Assembly (NCBI GenBank): GCA_000002435.2 | Contig: CM018793.1 | DNA length: 64,000 nt | Direction: 5' to 3' (one strand) | Source: Giardia intestinalis | Lineage: Eukaryota | Part shown: positions 19,451 to 30,700 of the stretch, piece after piece | How positions within the stretch are numbered: the first letter of the stretch is position 1 | Layout: each line of letters starts with the position of its first letter | Made by a program: the position numbers and the translations under genes | Notes under the pieces: model-generated | Database searches by the model: none | Told to the model about the DNA's origin: nothing | The model's input: the letters and a program-made list of their open reading frames with translations, nothing else

Positions 19451-20989
19451 TTCAGCAGCAGCTCTTGCTCTGCACTCGTTAAGAAGCCTTGTCTTGAACT
19501 TCACCGCAAGGCACTGCTCCATGAACTTTTGTCCATCGGGCATATATCTGGGCAGTCTGTTGAGATACAGCTGGGCATATGTCAGCGGCATGCAGAGAAG
19601 CGAGACCTCTCCGGGTTTGCTGATGTTGGCTATCCAGCCATCGAAATACCGCGCATATGCTTGGCTGTCTAATGGATATGGCCATTTCATGCCATACGTT
19701 GCTAAAAATTCGTTATGCAGATGGTTCGGAGGACGGGGTAACATCCTCCCAGAGGCGGCTGTTTTGAAGATGGCCACAGCTGCTCTAAAGATAGCTTTCT
19801 CACCCTCACACAACAAAGAATCAAAGATGCGTAGAGAAACTGAAAACTTCAAACAGTTACTAAACACTGTCATAAACCATCCAGGAGTGATGCAGAGCAA
19901 ATCTATACCTACCTCCTGTAAGTAGCTTGCTATCTTTGGTTCTATTTCTCGAAGAAGGTGCATGAGGGTGAGTGCTCGGAGCTTAAGTCCGTACAAGCTT
20001 GGAAGGTACATGTTCCCAAACCTCTTGATGAATCGGTAGAAGCACCAAAACGCGAGCGGTATATCTCTTATGTAAATTAGTAGAATTGCTGCCGGGCAAT
20101 TCATGCCTTGGCAGTACGTTATGTCCTCGTCATGGGAGGCAAATGCTTTGAGGACGAGAAACAGGGCCTGCCGCCCCTCGAGAGACCTGAAGTATACATG
20201 TTTGGGGAGTGTTCTATCTATATCTTTGCCTATCTGCGTGACTACCTCACTACATATCTCTCGCTGTAGGTACGCACCAAATGTGGAGCGATCTGTATAT
20301 TTCTCGTTTTGTTGGTAAAGATTTTGTGCGTTCAAAAGCCGAGGCCAGACATCTTGCCGATAACAGTCGGGTATGCCTTCTCTGCCGAGCTCCTTAATGG
20401 CCCTGTAATCGTTAGGTTGGAGCGTTTTATTGTGTGCCTTCCAGTTGGTGATTATGATTTCCCATTGCTGCATCAACGAGTAGCATCTAGACACCTTTCT
20501 GTCGCTTACAGATGCTGTTTGCTGACGCTCACCCACAGGTGGCGTGGGGAATAACCTAGTCAAGCTGTCATCTCCTTGGCTCGTGTGCGTGAGTAGGAGA
20601 TCATCTACATCAGCAGTATCCGCCTCGCTGGCCGCTATCGCTGTGTTACTGAAAAGCCATGCTTCCATGACTGTTTTGGATGTTGCCGAAACATGGGATG
20701 CGGTAGATTCCGAGGAGATATGAGAGACACTAGAAAGGGAAGGAGGAGCCGATGCTGCTGGGCTCTTTGCAATACTATACGATGATACAAGGTTAGAAAC
20801 ACCCATATTAGAAGGCTTGTGAGTGTTAATGGGAACGGTACTTGTATCCAAATCTTTTAAGTCAATGGCCGCTTCTGTCACAGAAGGGGTGTCATCGGGC
20901 TGTATTGCTTCAGATGTTTCTGCCTGAGCACAGGCTTGGCTCAAAGCCTCCCTGGAGGTACTATCCAAAAGCTCCAAGTAGAGCTCCAT
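19427..20989 (-). CDS. TBC-domain Rab GTPase-activating protein
   Basis: Arg-finger motif IPDCYRQDVWPRLL (IxxDxxR) and Gln-finger YCQGMN (YxQ) with the surrounding TBC helices. ATG verified at 20987-20989. Confidence 0.8.
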   Translation of the reverse strand: MELYLELLDSTSREALSQACAQAETSEAIQPDDTPSVTEAAIDLKDLDTSTVPINTHKPSNMGVSNLVSSYSIAKSPAASAPPSLSSVSHISSESTASHVSATSKTVMEAWLFSNTAIAASEADTADVDDLLLTHTSQGDDSLTRLFPTPPVGERQQTASVSDRKVSRCYSLMQQWEIIITNWKAHNKTLQPNDYRAIKELGREGIPDCYRQDVWPRLLNAQNLYQQNEKYTDRSTFGAYLQREICSEVVTQIGKDIDRTLPKHVYFRSLEGRQALFLVLKAFASHDEDITYCQGMNCPAAILLIYIRDIPLAFWCFYRFIKRFGNMYLPSLYGLKLRALTLMHLLREIEPKIASYLQEVGIDLLCITPGWFMTVFSNCLKFSVSLRIFDSLLCEGEKAIFRAAVAIFKTAASGRMLPRPPNHLHNEFLATYGMKWPYPLDSQAYARYFDGWIANISKPGEVSLLCMPLTYAQLYLNRLPRYMPDGQKFMEQCLAVKFKTRLLNECRARAAAELATSEQM

Positions 20990-20998
20990 TTTAAAATG
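20987..20998. promoter_or_regulatory. palindromic bidirectional initiator CATTTTAAAATG shared by the divergent TBC-GAP and AAA-ATPase genes
   Basis: The minus-strand ATG (20987-89) and plus-strand ATG (20996-98) are separated by only TTTAAA. The 12-mer is its own reverse complement. Confidence 0.6.
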
Positions 20999-22525
20999 CG
21001 AACATTGGGTGACTGTATCGAGGACCTTATTTCAGCGCGGAACTATGTCCAATCGGGAAACTATACACCGGCACAGACTTGCTACGATGGCTTTATTGCA
21101 TCGTTAAATCGATACCTCAACACACTGGGACCCTCGGCCGAGAAGGAGCGGTGGCAAGAAATTAAGCAGCAAATAAAACAGGAGGTTGCTAGCGTAATGA
21201 CGTTAGCCAATTCACTGAGTGATTTGCAGAGAAAACCGGTTAAAAAGGCAGCTCCCCCTGCAAACAGCATCCCATGTTTTGACGAGCAAGAGGATAGATT
21301 TGGGCCCCCAGCTAAACCGCGGGGATCAGTAGCTGCTCAACAGCGCTCTCAGTTACCCAGGAGGCAGTCCAACATGGGAGTTCAGAACACCCCTGCGGTT
21401 AGAAAGGGACGCAACCAGCCGGGATCTCAGGCACAGGTCAACAGAACACCAGCACCACGTGGGGCCCCAACCTATTCCCAAGCCCAAAACCTGGCGCCAA
21501 CGTCATCGGCGCCAAACAACGCAAGCAATGTCCCTGTTCCACGAGATATCACCCCAAGCGCATGTCAATATGAGGGGATATCACCTGATGTTGCCGCAGC
21601 AGTTCACGATTGCATCGTCGAATCTACTGGGGTCACATTCGACCAGATAGCTGGTCTCAGCGAAGCAAAGCGACTCCTCGAAGAGGCTGTTGTCCTGCCG
21701 ATGCTGCTTCCGGACTTTTTCACAGGTGTACGTTCACCTTGGCGGGGCGTGTTGCTATTTGGACCCCCAGGAACTGGTAAAACACTTCTGGCCAAGGCGA
21801 TAGCCATGCAGGCAGGGTTCACATTCTTTTCTGCGTCTGCAAGTGTGATAGAGTCCAAGTACAGGGGGGAGGCAGAGAAAATGGTCAGGGGTCTTTTCAC
21901 TATCGCTAGAGCGCGGGCTCCAAGCTGCATCTTCATAGATGAGATAGACGCCATTATGAGTGCACGGGGAAGTGGTGAGGACAACGAGTGTAGCAGGCGT
22001 ATTAAGGCAGAGATACTCACTCAAATGCAAGGTGTTACCACAGCAAATGGAGTAGGTAATGGAGCAAATGGGGACTTCGCTGAACAAGAGCCCAAGCCCG
22101 TCATGACTCTAGCGGCGACAAACCTGCCTTGGGATTTAGATGAGGCTCTGAAGCGACGCCTCGAAAAGCGCATCTATATACCGTTACCAGACTTTGAATC
22201 ACGGAAGCAACTCTTGAAGCTCAACTTAAAGGACATAACAACCGTAGAACTTGATTTTGACGACTTAGCCAATCGCCTAGAAGGTTTTTCTGGCGCAGAC
22301 ATCTCCATCCTTGTCAGAGAAGTGTCTATGGCACCCCTCCGCAGAGAAATATCTGGCAAAAGCATTGAGGAGATCAAGCAGATGAATAGTGACCCAAAGT
22401 TTAAAGAAAAGCTTGTGGTACTGCTTTCGGATTTCGAGGACGCCATTAAAAAGACTAGGCCGTCCGTAGACCAATCAGCAATAAAAAAGTATGAGAAGTG
22501 GTTCAAGGAATTTGGAAACATCTAG
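20996..22525 (+). CDS. meiotic-clade AAA ATPase, katanin p60-like (Vps4/spastin clade) with N-terminal MIT-like helices
   Basis: Walker A GPPGTGKT and Walker B CIFIDEIDA. C-terminal KKYEKWFKEFGNI resembles the katanin p60 C-terminus. Pro/Gln-rich linker. The track start 20936 is TTG; the first ATG is at 20996. Confidence 0.75.
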   Translation: MRTLGDCIEDLISARNYVQSGNYTPAQTCYDGFIASLNRYLNTLGPSAEKERWQEIKQQIKQEVASVMTLANSLSDLQRKPVKKAAPPANSIPCFDEQEDRFGPPAKPRGSVAAQQRSQLPRRQSNMGVQNTPAVRKGRNQPGSQAQVNRTPAPRGAPTYSQAQNLAPTSSAPNNASNVPVPRDITPSACQYEGISPDVAAAVHDCIVESTGVTFDQIAGLSEAKRLLEEAVVLPMLLPDFFTGVRSPWRGVLLFGPPGTGKTLLAKAIAMQAGFTFFSASASVIESKYRGEAEKMVRGLFTIARARAPSCIFIDEIDAIMSARGSGEDNECSRRIKAEILTQMQGVTTANGVGNGANGDFAEQEPKPVMTLAATNLPWDLDEALKRRLEKRIYIPLPDFESRKQLLKLNLKDITTVELDFDDLANRLEGFSGADISILVREVSMAPLRREISGKSIEEIKQMNSDPKFKEKLVVLLSDFEDAIKKTRPSVDQSAIKKYEKWFKEFGNI

Positions 22526-22563
22526 ACAATGCAGGGGATAGAATAAAAGACAGCATGTATACG

Positions 22564-23154
22564 CTAATCATCAAGTAAATCCCAAATGCACATGTCTTCT
22601 CCGCTGTCATTCTTCTGTGAAAGCCTGAACTTGTTATCTGGTGCAGAGAACTTGATGAGCTTGGCCTTGTGCGGCAACAGGAGGAAGCATCTATGATCTG
22701 CGTCCCAATAAACGTTACTTATGCTCCGATAGAAGACCAAAAGCGACCGCATTTCAGTCAGCTTCTGTCGATCTCTCCGCTGCTTGTTAGCTTGTTCAGC
22801 GCGATGGCGTGCACGCGCATCTGCGAGAGCCTCTTGCTCCTTCTGTAAGGTTTTTATTCCTTCGGCCGTCTCGTCCAAAGAGGCCTGGAGGCTCTTGAGC
22901 TCGTCCTCTAAGCTCTTCAATAAAGTGTCGTCAGGAGCAGTGGGAGCAGAGAGGTGAGCGACGATTACATTATGGTTACTGATCGTTGTCTTTAGAGTAC
23001 TATCATGCTTGGAGATCCTTCGCCGTATTCGAAGAAACATGTCTATGAGTTCAGCGAACGCCGTTGGCAAATCTGTCTTCTGCAAAATCAGGGATTCACG
23101 AGTCATCTCTGCACATGCCACAGATACCATGTCATTTATTTCCAGTTGAGTCAT
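22564..23154 (-). CDS. hypothetical coiled-coil protein
   Basis: The track start is TTG (23178); ATGs are at 23154 and 23130. Coiled-coil-like sequence (LEDELKSLQASLDETAEGIKTLQKEQEALADARARHRAEQ). The start is uncertain. Confidence 0.45.
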   Translation of the reverse strand: MTQLEINDMVSVACAEMTRESLILQKTDLPTAFAELIDMFLRIRRRISKHDSTLKTTISNHNVIVAHLSAPTAPDDTLLKSLEDELKSLQASLDETAEGIKTLQKEQEALADARARHRAEQANKQRRDRQKLTEMRSLLVFYRSISNVYWDADHRCFLLLPHKAKLIKFSAPDNKFRLSQKNDSGEDMCIWDLLDD

Positions 23155-23737
23155 TGAGCACGTCAATGAGCTGTGCAAGATTTCTTTTTTTCCAGGTAAT
23201 GACTACTCCCCCCAGAGAAAGCGGTGGAGATGCTAACAAGGTGTCTGTTGCAGCTTCTGTGGCGTAGACAAGGTACCACATGCCTCGCTTAGCCTGGGCT
23301 GCAGGGTAGACCAGGGCCAGAATTGGTCCGAAGTTTTGGTAGATGGCCATGACGGCCTCTGGAGTGAGTCCTATGGCACTTCCAGGGGTGCTACTGTGAA
23401 CTACCGCGCCCCCTTCCCTCAGCAGGGACAGCAGAGAGTCGATGGACGCAGGCTTTGGCCCGTCGGTACCGTTAACAAGTGACTTGAAAAAGGCTCTCGA
23501 GGCCTTTTGTGTACCATCAGTGGATATTATTTGCATCTCCCTGTAATAGATGCAGCACCGATTAAGCCTCATAATTAACTCTGCTGTGTCTTGAGAACAG
23601 GAGAGAACAAATTGATGCTCGGCGTTCTGGTTCTTCGCAATAGACACATCGTTTACAGGAATGCCAGCATCTTTCAGAAACGTAAGCAAAACGGCGCCTG
23701 TTATATCCTCTTCAAGATTGCTTATGTACAGAGCCAT
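23132..23737 (-). CDS. hypothetical protein
   Basis: 201-aa ORF. Its ATG directly abuts the TAG stop of the upstream gene in the same frame. Confidence 0.5.
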   Translation of the reverse strand: MALYISNLEEDITGAVLLTFLKDAGIPVNDVSIAKNQNAEHQFVLSCSQDTAELIMRLNRCCIYYREMQIISTDGTQKASRAFFKSLVNGTDGPKPASIDSLLSLLREGGAVVHSSTPGSAIGLTPEAVMAIYQNFGPILALVYPAAQAKRGMWYLVYATEAATDTLLASPPLSLGGVVITWKKRNLAQLIDVLNDSTGNK

Positions 23738-24718
23738 CTATTTTTGTCGGAGTGCAACGAGACAGGGGGTCGGAGACAGCCGTACGCTATTGGGCAGCGG
23801 AATCCCCGCCAAGTCTGCTAGCTCCTCTGGAGTTTGGCCGCCTGGTTGTAACAGAGCGCTCAAAGTATTTGGTGGTGCACCCAATTTGATGCACTTCACA
23901 TAGGCACCCATCTTCACAGACTTCATGGATTGCCGGTGTTCATCGTTATCAAAATTTGAAGGAAGAATGCACGCGTCCTCTGGCGTTGTAAGGCTTGCCA
24001 TTCGCGGATGATAGTATATCTTCTCGCATTGGGTTTGCAGTGCAGATATACGCCACGCTAGATCAGCGTTCTGCGGGGTGCTAGCAAGTACTAAGGTATC
24101 AGACCAAGACCTGGGGTCCTGGATACTGATGCCTTTGGCCTCAGCTGAAGACCCCCTTGCTTTTGCTTGGTCCAGCTCGTTACACACAGCTGTCAGTTCT
24201 TTCAATTGATCATACGGTAAAAACATCTTACAAGCAACTGCTTGCTCATCTAAAGAGTGCAGTCCACGGGTCTCAGGAGTCGCTGGATCGTCAAGCAGAA
24301 GAGTAACAAGCTCAGGGGTAATCTTCCGTCCAATGGCCCGTTCCATACTCGTAACAGGCTCCGCTGCAGCAAGAATAGCACCGGGACACGGTATGTCTGT
24401 CAGCGGAACTACTTGTGAATTGCTGCAGCATACGTGACAAAGCTTGTGCTTCTTACAGTGCTCCAAAACTGCACAGCGAGCCCTTTCTTCTATAGTTGCA
24501 CCACACAAGTGGCATAAGGTCTCCTTTTTTGCCATGGGAAGCCGTCTTTCTCCTAGATTAAAAACGGCCAATCCAGCTCCCTGATTTGTGCCAAACAAGC
24601 ACCGAGGACAAATGTATTCAAGAGAAGTTGTGCGCGCACAGAGACTACAAACAGTGGAGCCACATGCTGTACAGGTTACGTAGTCAGCCGGAGACTGGCA
24701 ACAGTAACTGCATATCAT
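23738..24718 (-). CDS. hypothetical protein with N-terminal RING/B-box-like Cys-rich zinc-finger region
   Basis: CSYCC..C..C..C..CSLC..CPRC, then CHLCG..C..HC..H..CHVCC. Confidence 0.6.
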   Translation of the reverse strand: MICSYCCQSPADYVTCTACGSTVCSLCARTTSLEYICPRCLFGTNQGAGLAVFNLGERRLPMAKKETLCHLCGATIEERARCAVLEHCKKHKLCHVCCSNSQVVPLTDIPCPGAILAAAEPVTSMERAIGRKITPELVTLLLDDPATPETRGLHSLDEQAVACKMFLPYDQLKELTAVCNELDQAKARGSSAEAKGISIQDPRSWSDTLVLASTPQNADLAWRISALQTQCEKIYYHPRMASLTTPEDACILPSNFDNDEHRQSMKSVKMGAYVKCIKLGAPPNTLSALLQPGGQTPEELADLAGIPLPNSVRLSPTPCLVALRQK

Positions 24719-24736
24719 TTTTTGGCATATCTGCAG

Positions 24737-27700
24737 CTAGTTCAGAATGGGGACGGATTGTTCCAAAATAACGCCTACGAGGACTAGGCATGATATACCG
24801 GCAGACAAAAAGACACTATTCCAGAACTCAGAGGTCTCCTCTGAAATCGTAAACCCTGAGATTAAGAGGCTAAGGATTGGAAATCGGATAGGGAGAAGAA
24901 GAACAGCGTAGATGACTAAGAACTGAATGGCGAAGAAGACCCCTACGTGAAGAACCCTGAAGCACCGATGCATGGAACCTTCCATGCCTCTCACGATCGG
25001 AAGCCGTATAGCAATGAAAAAGGCTGCAATTGAAAAGCTCATAAAGAGGAGAACCATAAGCAGAGTTGCGAATATTACAAACTTACGCGAGAGCGAGGAC
25101 ACAAAAAGGTTGTTCCTGTCAAGATACATAGGCTTAAAGAACTCAGTAGTGCCGTAATACCGATAGTTGATAGACGGGAGGAGCGCTATGGCACTGATAA
25201 CGATAAAGATGAGGCTGAAGCTAGTAAGCGACGACGTCCGAAGGTTCTTGGACAGCTTTTCCGCCACATTCATCAAAGCTTTAAGGTGGTACCTACTGGG
25301 GGGTTGCTTTGTATAGGCAGTCACAGACGGAAGGCTGTGGGCATTGTGTCGGCCCTTCATTCGTATGACTGCTCTGTGGATATGATTAATCATCTGCTTG
25401 ACTAAGGGATCATGCTGTGAAAGGGATCTAGACCGCAGTTTGCCCTCTATCTGTGTAGGTCTCCTGTGGAACCTGAGCGAGAACTGAAGTACCTTAGGAA
25501 TCATGAAATCGTTGACAAGGGCATTTGTGAGCAGAATGATTCCTACAGTGGTCGGCGGGTAGTACCAAGGGCGCAGTCCCATGTTTATCATCTCATACCT
25601 ATAAAGTATACACTCCAGCGTGATATTGGTGGTAATAGTCAGGGCCAGCGTCAAGGGAAAGATTCCTTGCAGCAGGCTTGAGCGGACAGTACCAATGAAT
25701 GCAGGAAACATTGACAGGAAGAAATATGGGGCCTCTAACGCCACATCACGTAAGTGCTGGAGACCGTGGTGGCCAAACGTATATGCCACAGAAATACGCT
25801 CTCTTAGCAAGCGGCGGAGTTGAACATAACTTTCCTTGGGAATACCTAGCTGCTGCTTCCCACGATTCGGCTCATAGCCTGGGCTATAGCCAATTATAAG
25901 AAAGTCTGGTTTCCGAGAAAACGAGATGTTACTGCGACAGACGGAAAGGTAGCTTGGAACCGTCTTAGAATCTCCTGCCGTTTGTAGCAGGGTAGCTGCA
26001 GTCGTGTTGTCCTTGAAGACATCTTCTTCTTCGATGGTATAAGCATACGAGGAGGGCCTAGATGGGAGGACCAGGGTCACGAACGCTCCTGCATTACTGA
26101 GTGCAGACGCAACATCTACAGAGTTACTCTCGGGTATTACAAATACATTCGGCAGATGCTCACCGAGTAGCTCTCCCTCTCGAATGGGAGCCCTGTAATG
26201 GGTTCTTTTAGGAGGATTGTAAAATCGTTGAGCTGTTGCCATAAAGTGCTCAACGGCCTTCCAAGTCTGTTGCGGTGCAATAATAGGGTATCCAAGCGTA
26301 CAATCTATGCTGGAGATTGTAGCATCTTGCCTACGGGGTCTTAGACTATGCACTTGAGTCTCATCTGAAACAAAAGATTCATCAGAAATATTCAGCTCAC
26401 TAGACGTAGCCTTAAGCTGTGCATATATTTGTCTGTTCTGCGCCAGCTGAGCAGATCTGTGATGGTACTTAGCATGCTGGGTGCGACGTGCATGAAATAC
26501 CCTTGTATCTTGTTGGGTAGAATTCTGCTCCTCTTCTGCATCTGATAGAACAAGTGGATAGCGAGACACACAGTCAAAATGCTCATCTGCTGTTACAGCC
26601 CTCCAATCATCCAACATATCGGCTCGCTTCCGCTGTAGGTGAACATATGACTTATTGTGTCTTCTGTTGGGCCTCGATGACAATAGTAGTTTTCCGTTGT
26701 TGTCGTGGATTCTGCTGAGGGTATACAAGCTAACTGCCTTCAGATCAGTTGTAACAAAGCAACGCCTTGTTTGAGCGGTCAAGGGGGGAACGACAATTGG
26801 CTGCTTTTGGTTAGAACCTTTAGGCTTCTTCGGTCTAAGCTCTACAGTGGGCAAACTAATATCATGACAGGGTTTGTCTGCCTCAGCATTCGACGTGTTC
26901 CAATCAGAGTCTCTTACTTCTCCAAGATTATTTCTGCCATGGCTGGCATTCGTCTGTACGGTTAGATTCAGTGCACTAAGAAGTGTCTGTACGTCAGTCA
27001 GAGGATTTGCACACATCTCCTTAGGCCTGCAAAGCCCAAAAGCTGCATGCTGCTGACCAGCATTTGAAGACCGCCGTGTCGTTATTATCAAGTTTGCCCC
27101 ATTGGACAGGTCTGTGAAACGGGAAATGAATGCAGTAGGAGCATGTTTCTGGGTAGCGTGAAAACCCATTGCGCCAATATAGATGAGATCCAGAGCAGGG
27201 ATTGTCTCTCTCGAAAGATCGGATAAATCCATATTCGCGACATGCAAGGCTGACATAGCATATAGCACAAGCTCGTGACACGTTGCTCCTAATTTATTGA
27301 TTTGCTGAGTGGCTAGTTGACGCCTAGCGTCATCCATTCTTCTGTAGTAGAAGAGAATGTGGTCACTGTCCGCTGCTAGTGTAAAAAAGTGATGGTCGCC
27401 TGCAATCGTTGAGCCCAGGTCATCTGCTATTGTGTATTTGCACACTGAAATAAGGTCCTCCGGACTGGATGACTTCACCACAATAACTGGAGCCTGTCTC
27501 TCTATATACACAAGATAGACGCACAGAGGATAAGTTACAAGCGGATGTATTTGTGCAACACTAAGATGAGAGTCCTGGAGACACCCTGGAGTAATGAGGC
27601 GCCCATACTTCCGTACAGTAGCTGAGTATCGTGAGGTTCGTATGCTCCTCAAGGTCCGCGCTTGATTCATGGTCAGGTATTTGCACAGGTATTCCTCAAA

Positions 27701-30700
27701 CCCTGAGAAATAGCTACTAGTGATAACGTCCGGCCTGATTGGCCGAGATAAAGAAAGCTCTACAAACGTGGGAGACGGCTTTGCAAGGCTTGCTTCTGAA
27801 GAAGTGCTTGTGCGGGTACGACGGTTGGTGGTAGCGTACAGGGGATCCTTTTGTTCGTGAAAGGAGCATTCACGAGAAGGGGAGCGGGACGATGTAGATT
27901 CGGAGTCAAAGGCAACGATCTCAAAGGCATAGTCTGGGGTGAAAATTGTCTGCTCTGTGGTAGAGTTCTTGAGAGCATGAGCGACGTCAGCTGGGCCCAT
28001 TGTTACGCAGGCCAAAAAGCGCATCAGGCACAAGAGCGTGTCGTACAACCGCCTAGATTGCTTGGGTACCTTGGGGGTTTGAGCAAAAGTAATGTCAGCA
28101 TGTTGCCCCTCATAAAAGCTAAACTGATGAGAGTGGTCAATCTGCTCAGTCGATTCTACGACGCCTGCGGAGTGCTGAAGGGCGTAACTTCCATGGAACC
28201 TTCTGCGCGCGCCGATAATGACATACTGCCCTGTGACGGCATTCACCTGCACAAGGTATCTGAAGATGGAAGGCCAAAGCGGGGTGACAATATCCTGAGC
28301 AAGGATAGACCCTTGAAGGCGGATCTCCTCGTCTAGATATAGCCTATGAGTTGTATTTTCACCAGCCACATAAATGAAGGAGAGGTTCATCGCAACCGGG
28401 CCCCAAAAGCCTGGAGCATCTTCATGGACCTGGGAGCCCGAGATATTGACCAAGAGAGACTCGTCGATCACAAGAGCGTTAGTGAAGCCAATCGCCTCAA
28501 GCGCCCCAAGGGTGTGGATGTGCACATTACGTTGGACAAGGCTCGAGAGATGCTTCGAAGAGACAGAAATGATCGGGCGTAGAGCGACCGTATTGCGATG
28601 AAGAAACAGACCAGAGACAAGGCCAAATGTCAGAGCCGCACAAACCGAAGGGATGAACCCAATAGCGAACAGAGCTAACTGATCAGATTGTGCCGGATCC
28701 CAGTAGCTGACATACTGACGTCGCAATTCTGAGGATAGAGCGAGACGAGGCAAAACAGGAATGATGATAAGAAAAACAGATACCCAGAGAGAAATTATCG
28801 ATATAACGCGGAAAAAATTTTGCATAGAAAGAGTTGACGATAGAAATGATGCCGGCATGGAAATAGTCTCGGTCAATGCTTCCTTTCCTTCAATGAGGGT
28901 AGCAGGACTAGACACATTAGGCTTGGGCAGCTTTGAACGCCTGAGACTCCTACGTAAACTATGATTAGGGCGTGCTGGAAAGTCAAGAGACTGCTGCAGA
29001 TCAGAAAGGAGGCGCTCAGATCGCTGAAAAACTGAAGTATCTTTCCCAAGAGCAGTCACACATACTCGAATGCCCCTAGTCACAGCAATGCTCACAGATG
29101 AAGAAGACGTCTTCCGTGCGCCTAGTTCGTCAATAAGAACCTTCATACAAAGGGAGGACAGTCTGGCAAACTTTTCTGCAGAAAACTCCGTGGTCTCGGT
29201 CTGACAGTTTGCATGAACACGTGCAAAGAATGCCGAGACAATCGTAGATATGGATACGTTTTCAAGAGTAATTGGCAACGGGTTCTTTATTTGCAGTATC
29301 TTCTGTCCACAGAGCAGCAACGAGCTCTGGACTGAATCCTGCAACCCTAGCTTATTAACATAGAAAGACAAAGCGTCATCCACGATGGAATTTGCATGCA
29401 TAGACTGGCCTCTCCCACTAAAATTAGACTCTAACAAAGGATTGCTGGAATCTGCACGTTCTCGCCGAGACCTATAGAGGCGCGAGGATGTCAGCTCTTC
29501 ACTAGTGTCTTGATGAGGTAAAGATGCGGTGTGAAGAGTGGAACCGATGCCTGCAGAGTAAATTCTTTTTGCCTTCTGAACATGTCGGACACTCTTTGCT
29601 CTAGACTTGCATAGAGTGGAATAAAGTGAGTAGATCTTATAGTGAGCGATAATGTTTGCAGCCGTGCTGGTAGGAAATGTACAGTAAACGAGGGGTTGCT
29701 TCCTGGCTAACCCATACGAAACAGCCTCTGGGCAGAATGGTCGTAGCTTGTTAGACACATCAACGGGAAATGCAGGATAGCACATCTGATACTCTGGCAA
29801 ATGCATAGAAAGCGAATGTGCTTGCGTAAAATATGTAGGCAATATGGTACAATCACACGGCACAATCTGACCCTCTGCGAGGACAAGCACGTCTCCAACC
29901 ACTAAGTTACATGCCTCGATAACCATGAACTCCCCATCTCTGATGACTAGATAATTAGGAAAGGCGATATTTCTAATTTTGGCCAAGAATGAACTAAAGG
30001 ACTTTAAGACAAACCTGCGCAAGTCTGCCTCCATATCAACCAAGCTAGCGATGTGCTTCTGGAGCCGCATGGGCTTCCACGCTTGAAAGTCCAGGACTTG
30101 AGTGTAGATAGGAGCAGCCTCTAGGGTTAAAGAAGTGCTGTCTTCGGCAGTCCGTGACGACTTGTGCTGGGATCGTGATGCATCTGGTACTGGCAGAGTA
30201 TCTTCTGAAATAAGTGGACCGGCTGTCCGATCCACGGCAGTCGCAGGCAAGAAGGCCTCCTTGGAGCCTGTCATTGGGACGGCCTGGTCTTTGGACTGTA
30301 GCATGAGATCTTTTAGCGGGCAAACGCGAAAAAATCTACCGCCGCTGTTTTGTTTAGAGGTTGGTGCCGAGGAAGCTACCCTGGTACTCATGACATTAGA
30401 GCCCAGGAAAATTGGAAGATATATTGTCAACGCGATGAAATTGAACATGTTCATACTCGAGCCACTAGAGGATAACTCGAATATCAAACCTAACATACTT
30501 AAAAAGAGTCCCAGTACAATGTGAAAGACTTCGTTGTGGAGAATGAACTCCCCAAGGACAGCTTTGATATGGCGTTGTCTAAGCTTCTGCTTTGCTGTCG
30601 AGGGGGTTGTGCGGGGGTTTTCGGTCAATTTTCCCAATGGACAATCGGTTACAGAAATAAGCCTCAAAACACTCTTGAGCTGCTCGTTTGATTGCTCTCT

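Noticed and set aside
21604-22087. Two overlapping minus-strand ORFs (138 and 110 aa) opposite the AAA ATPase gene
   Set aside because: Antisense to the Walker A/B region of a clearly real gene
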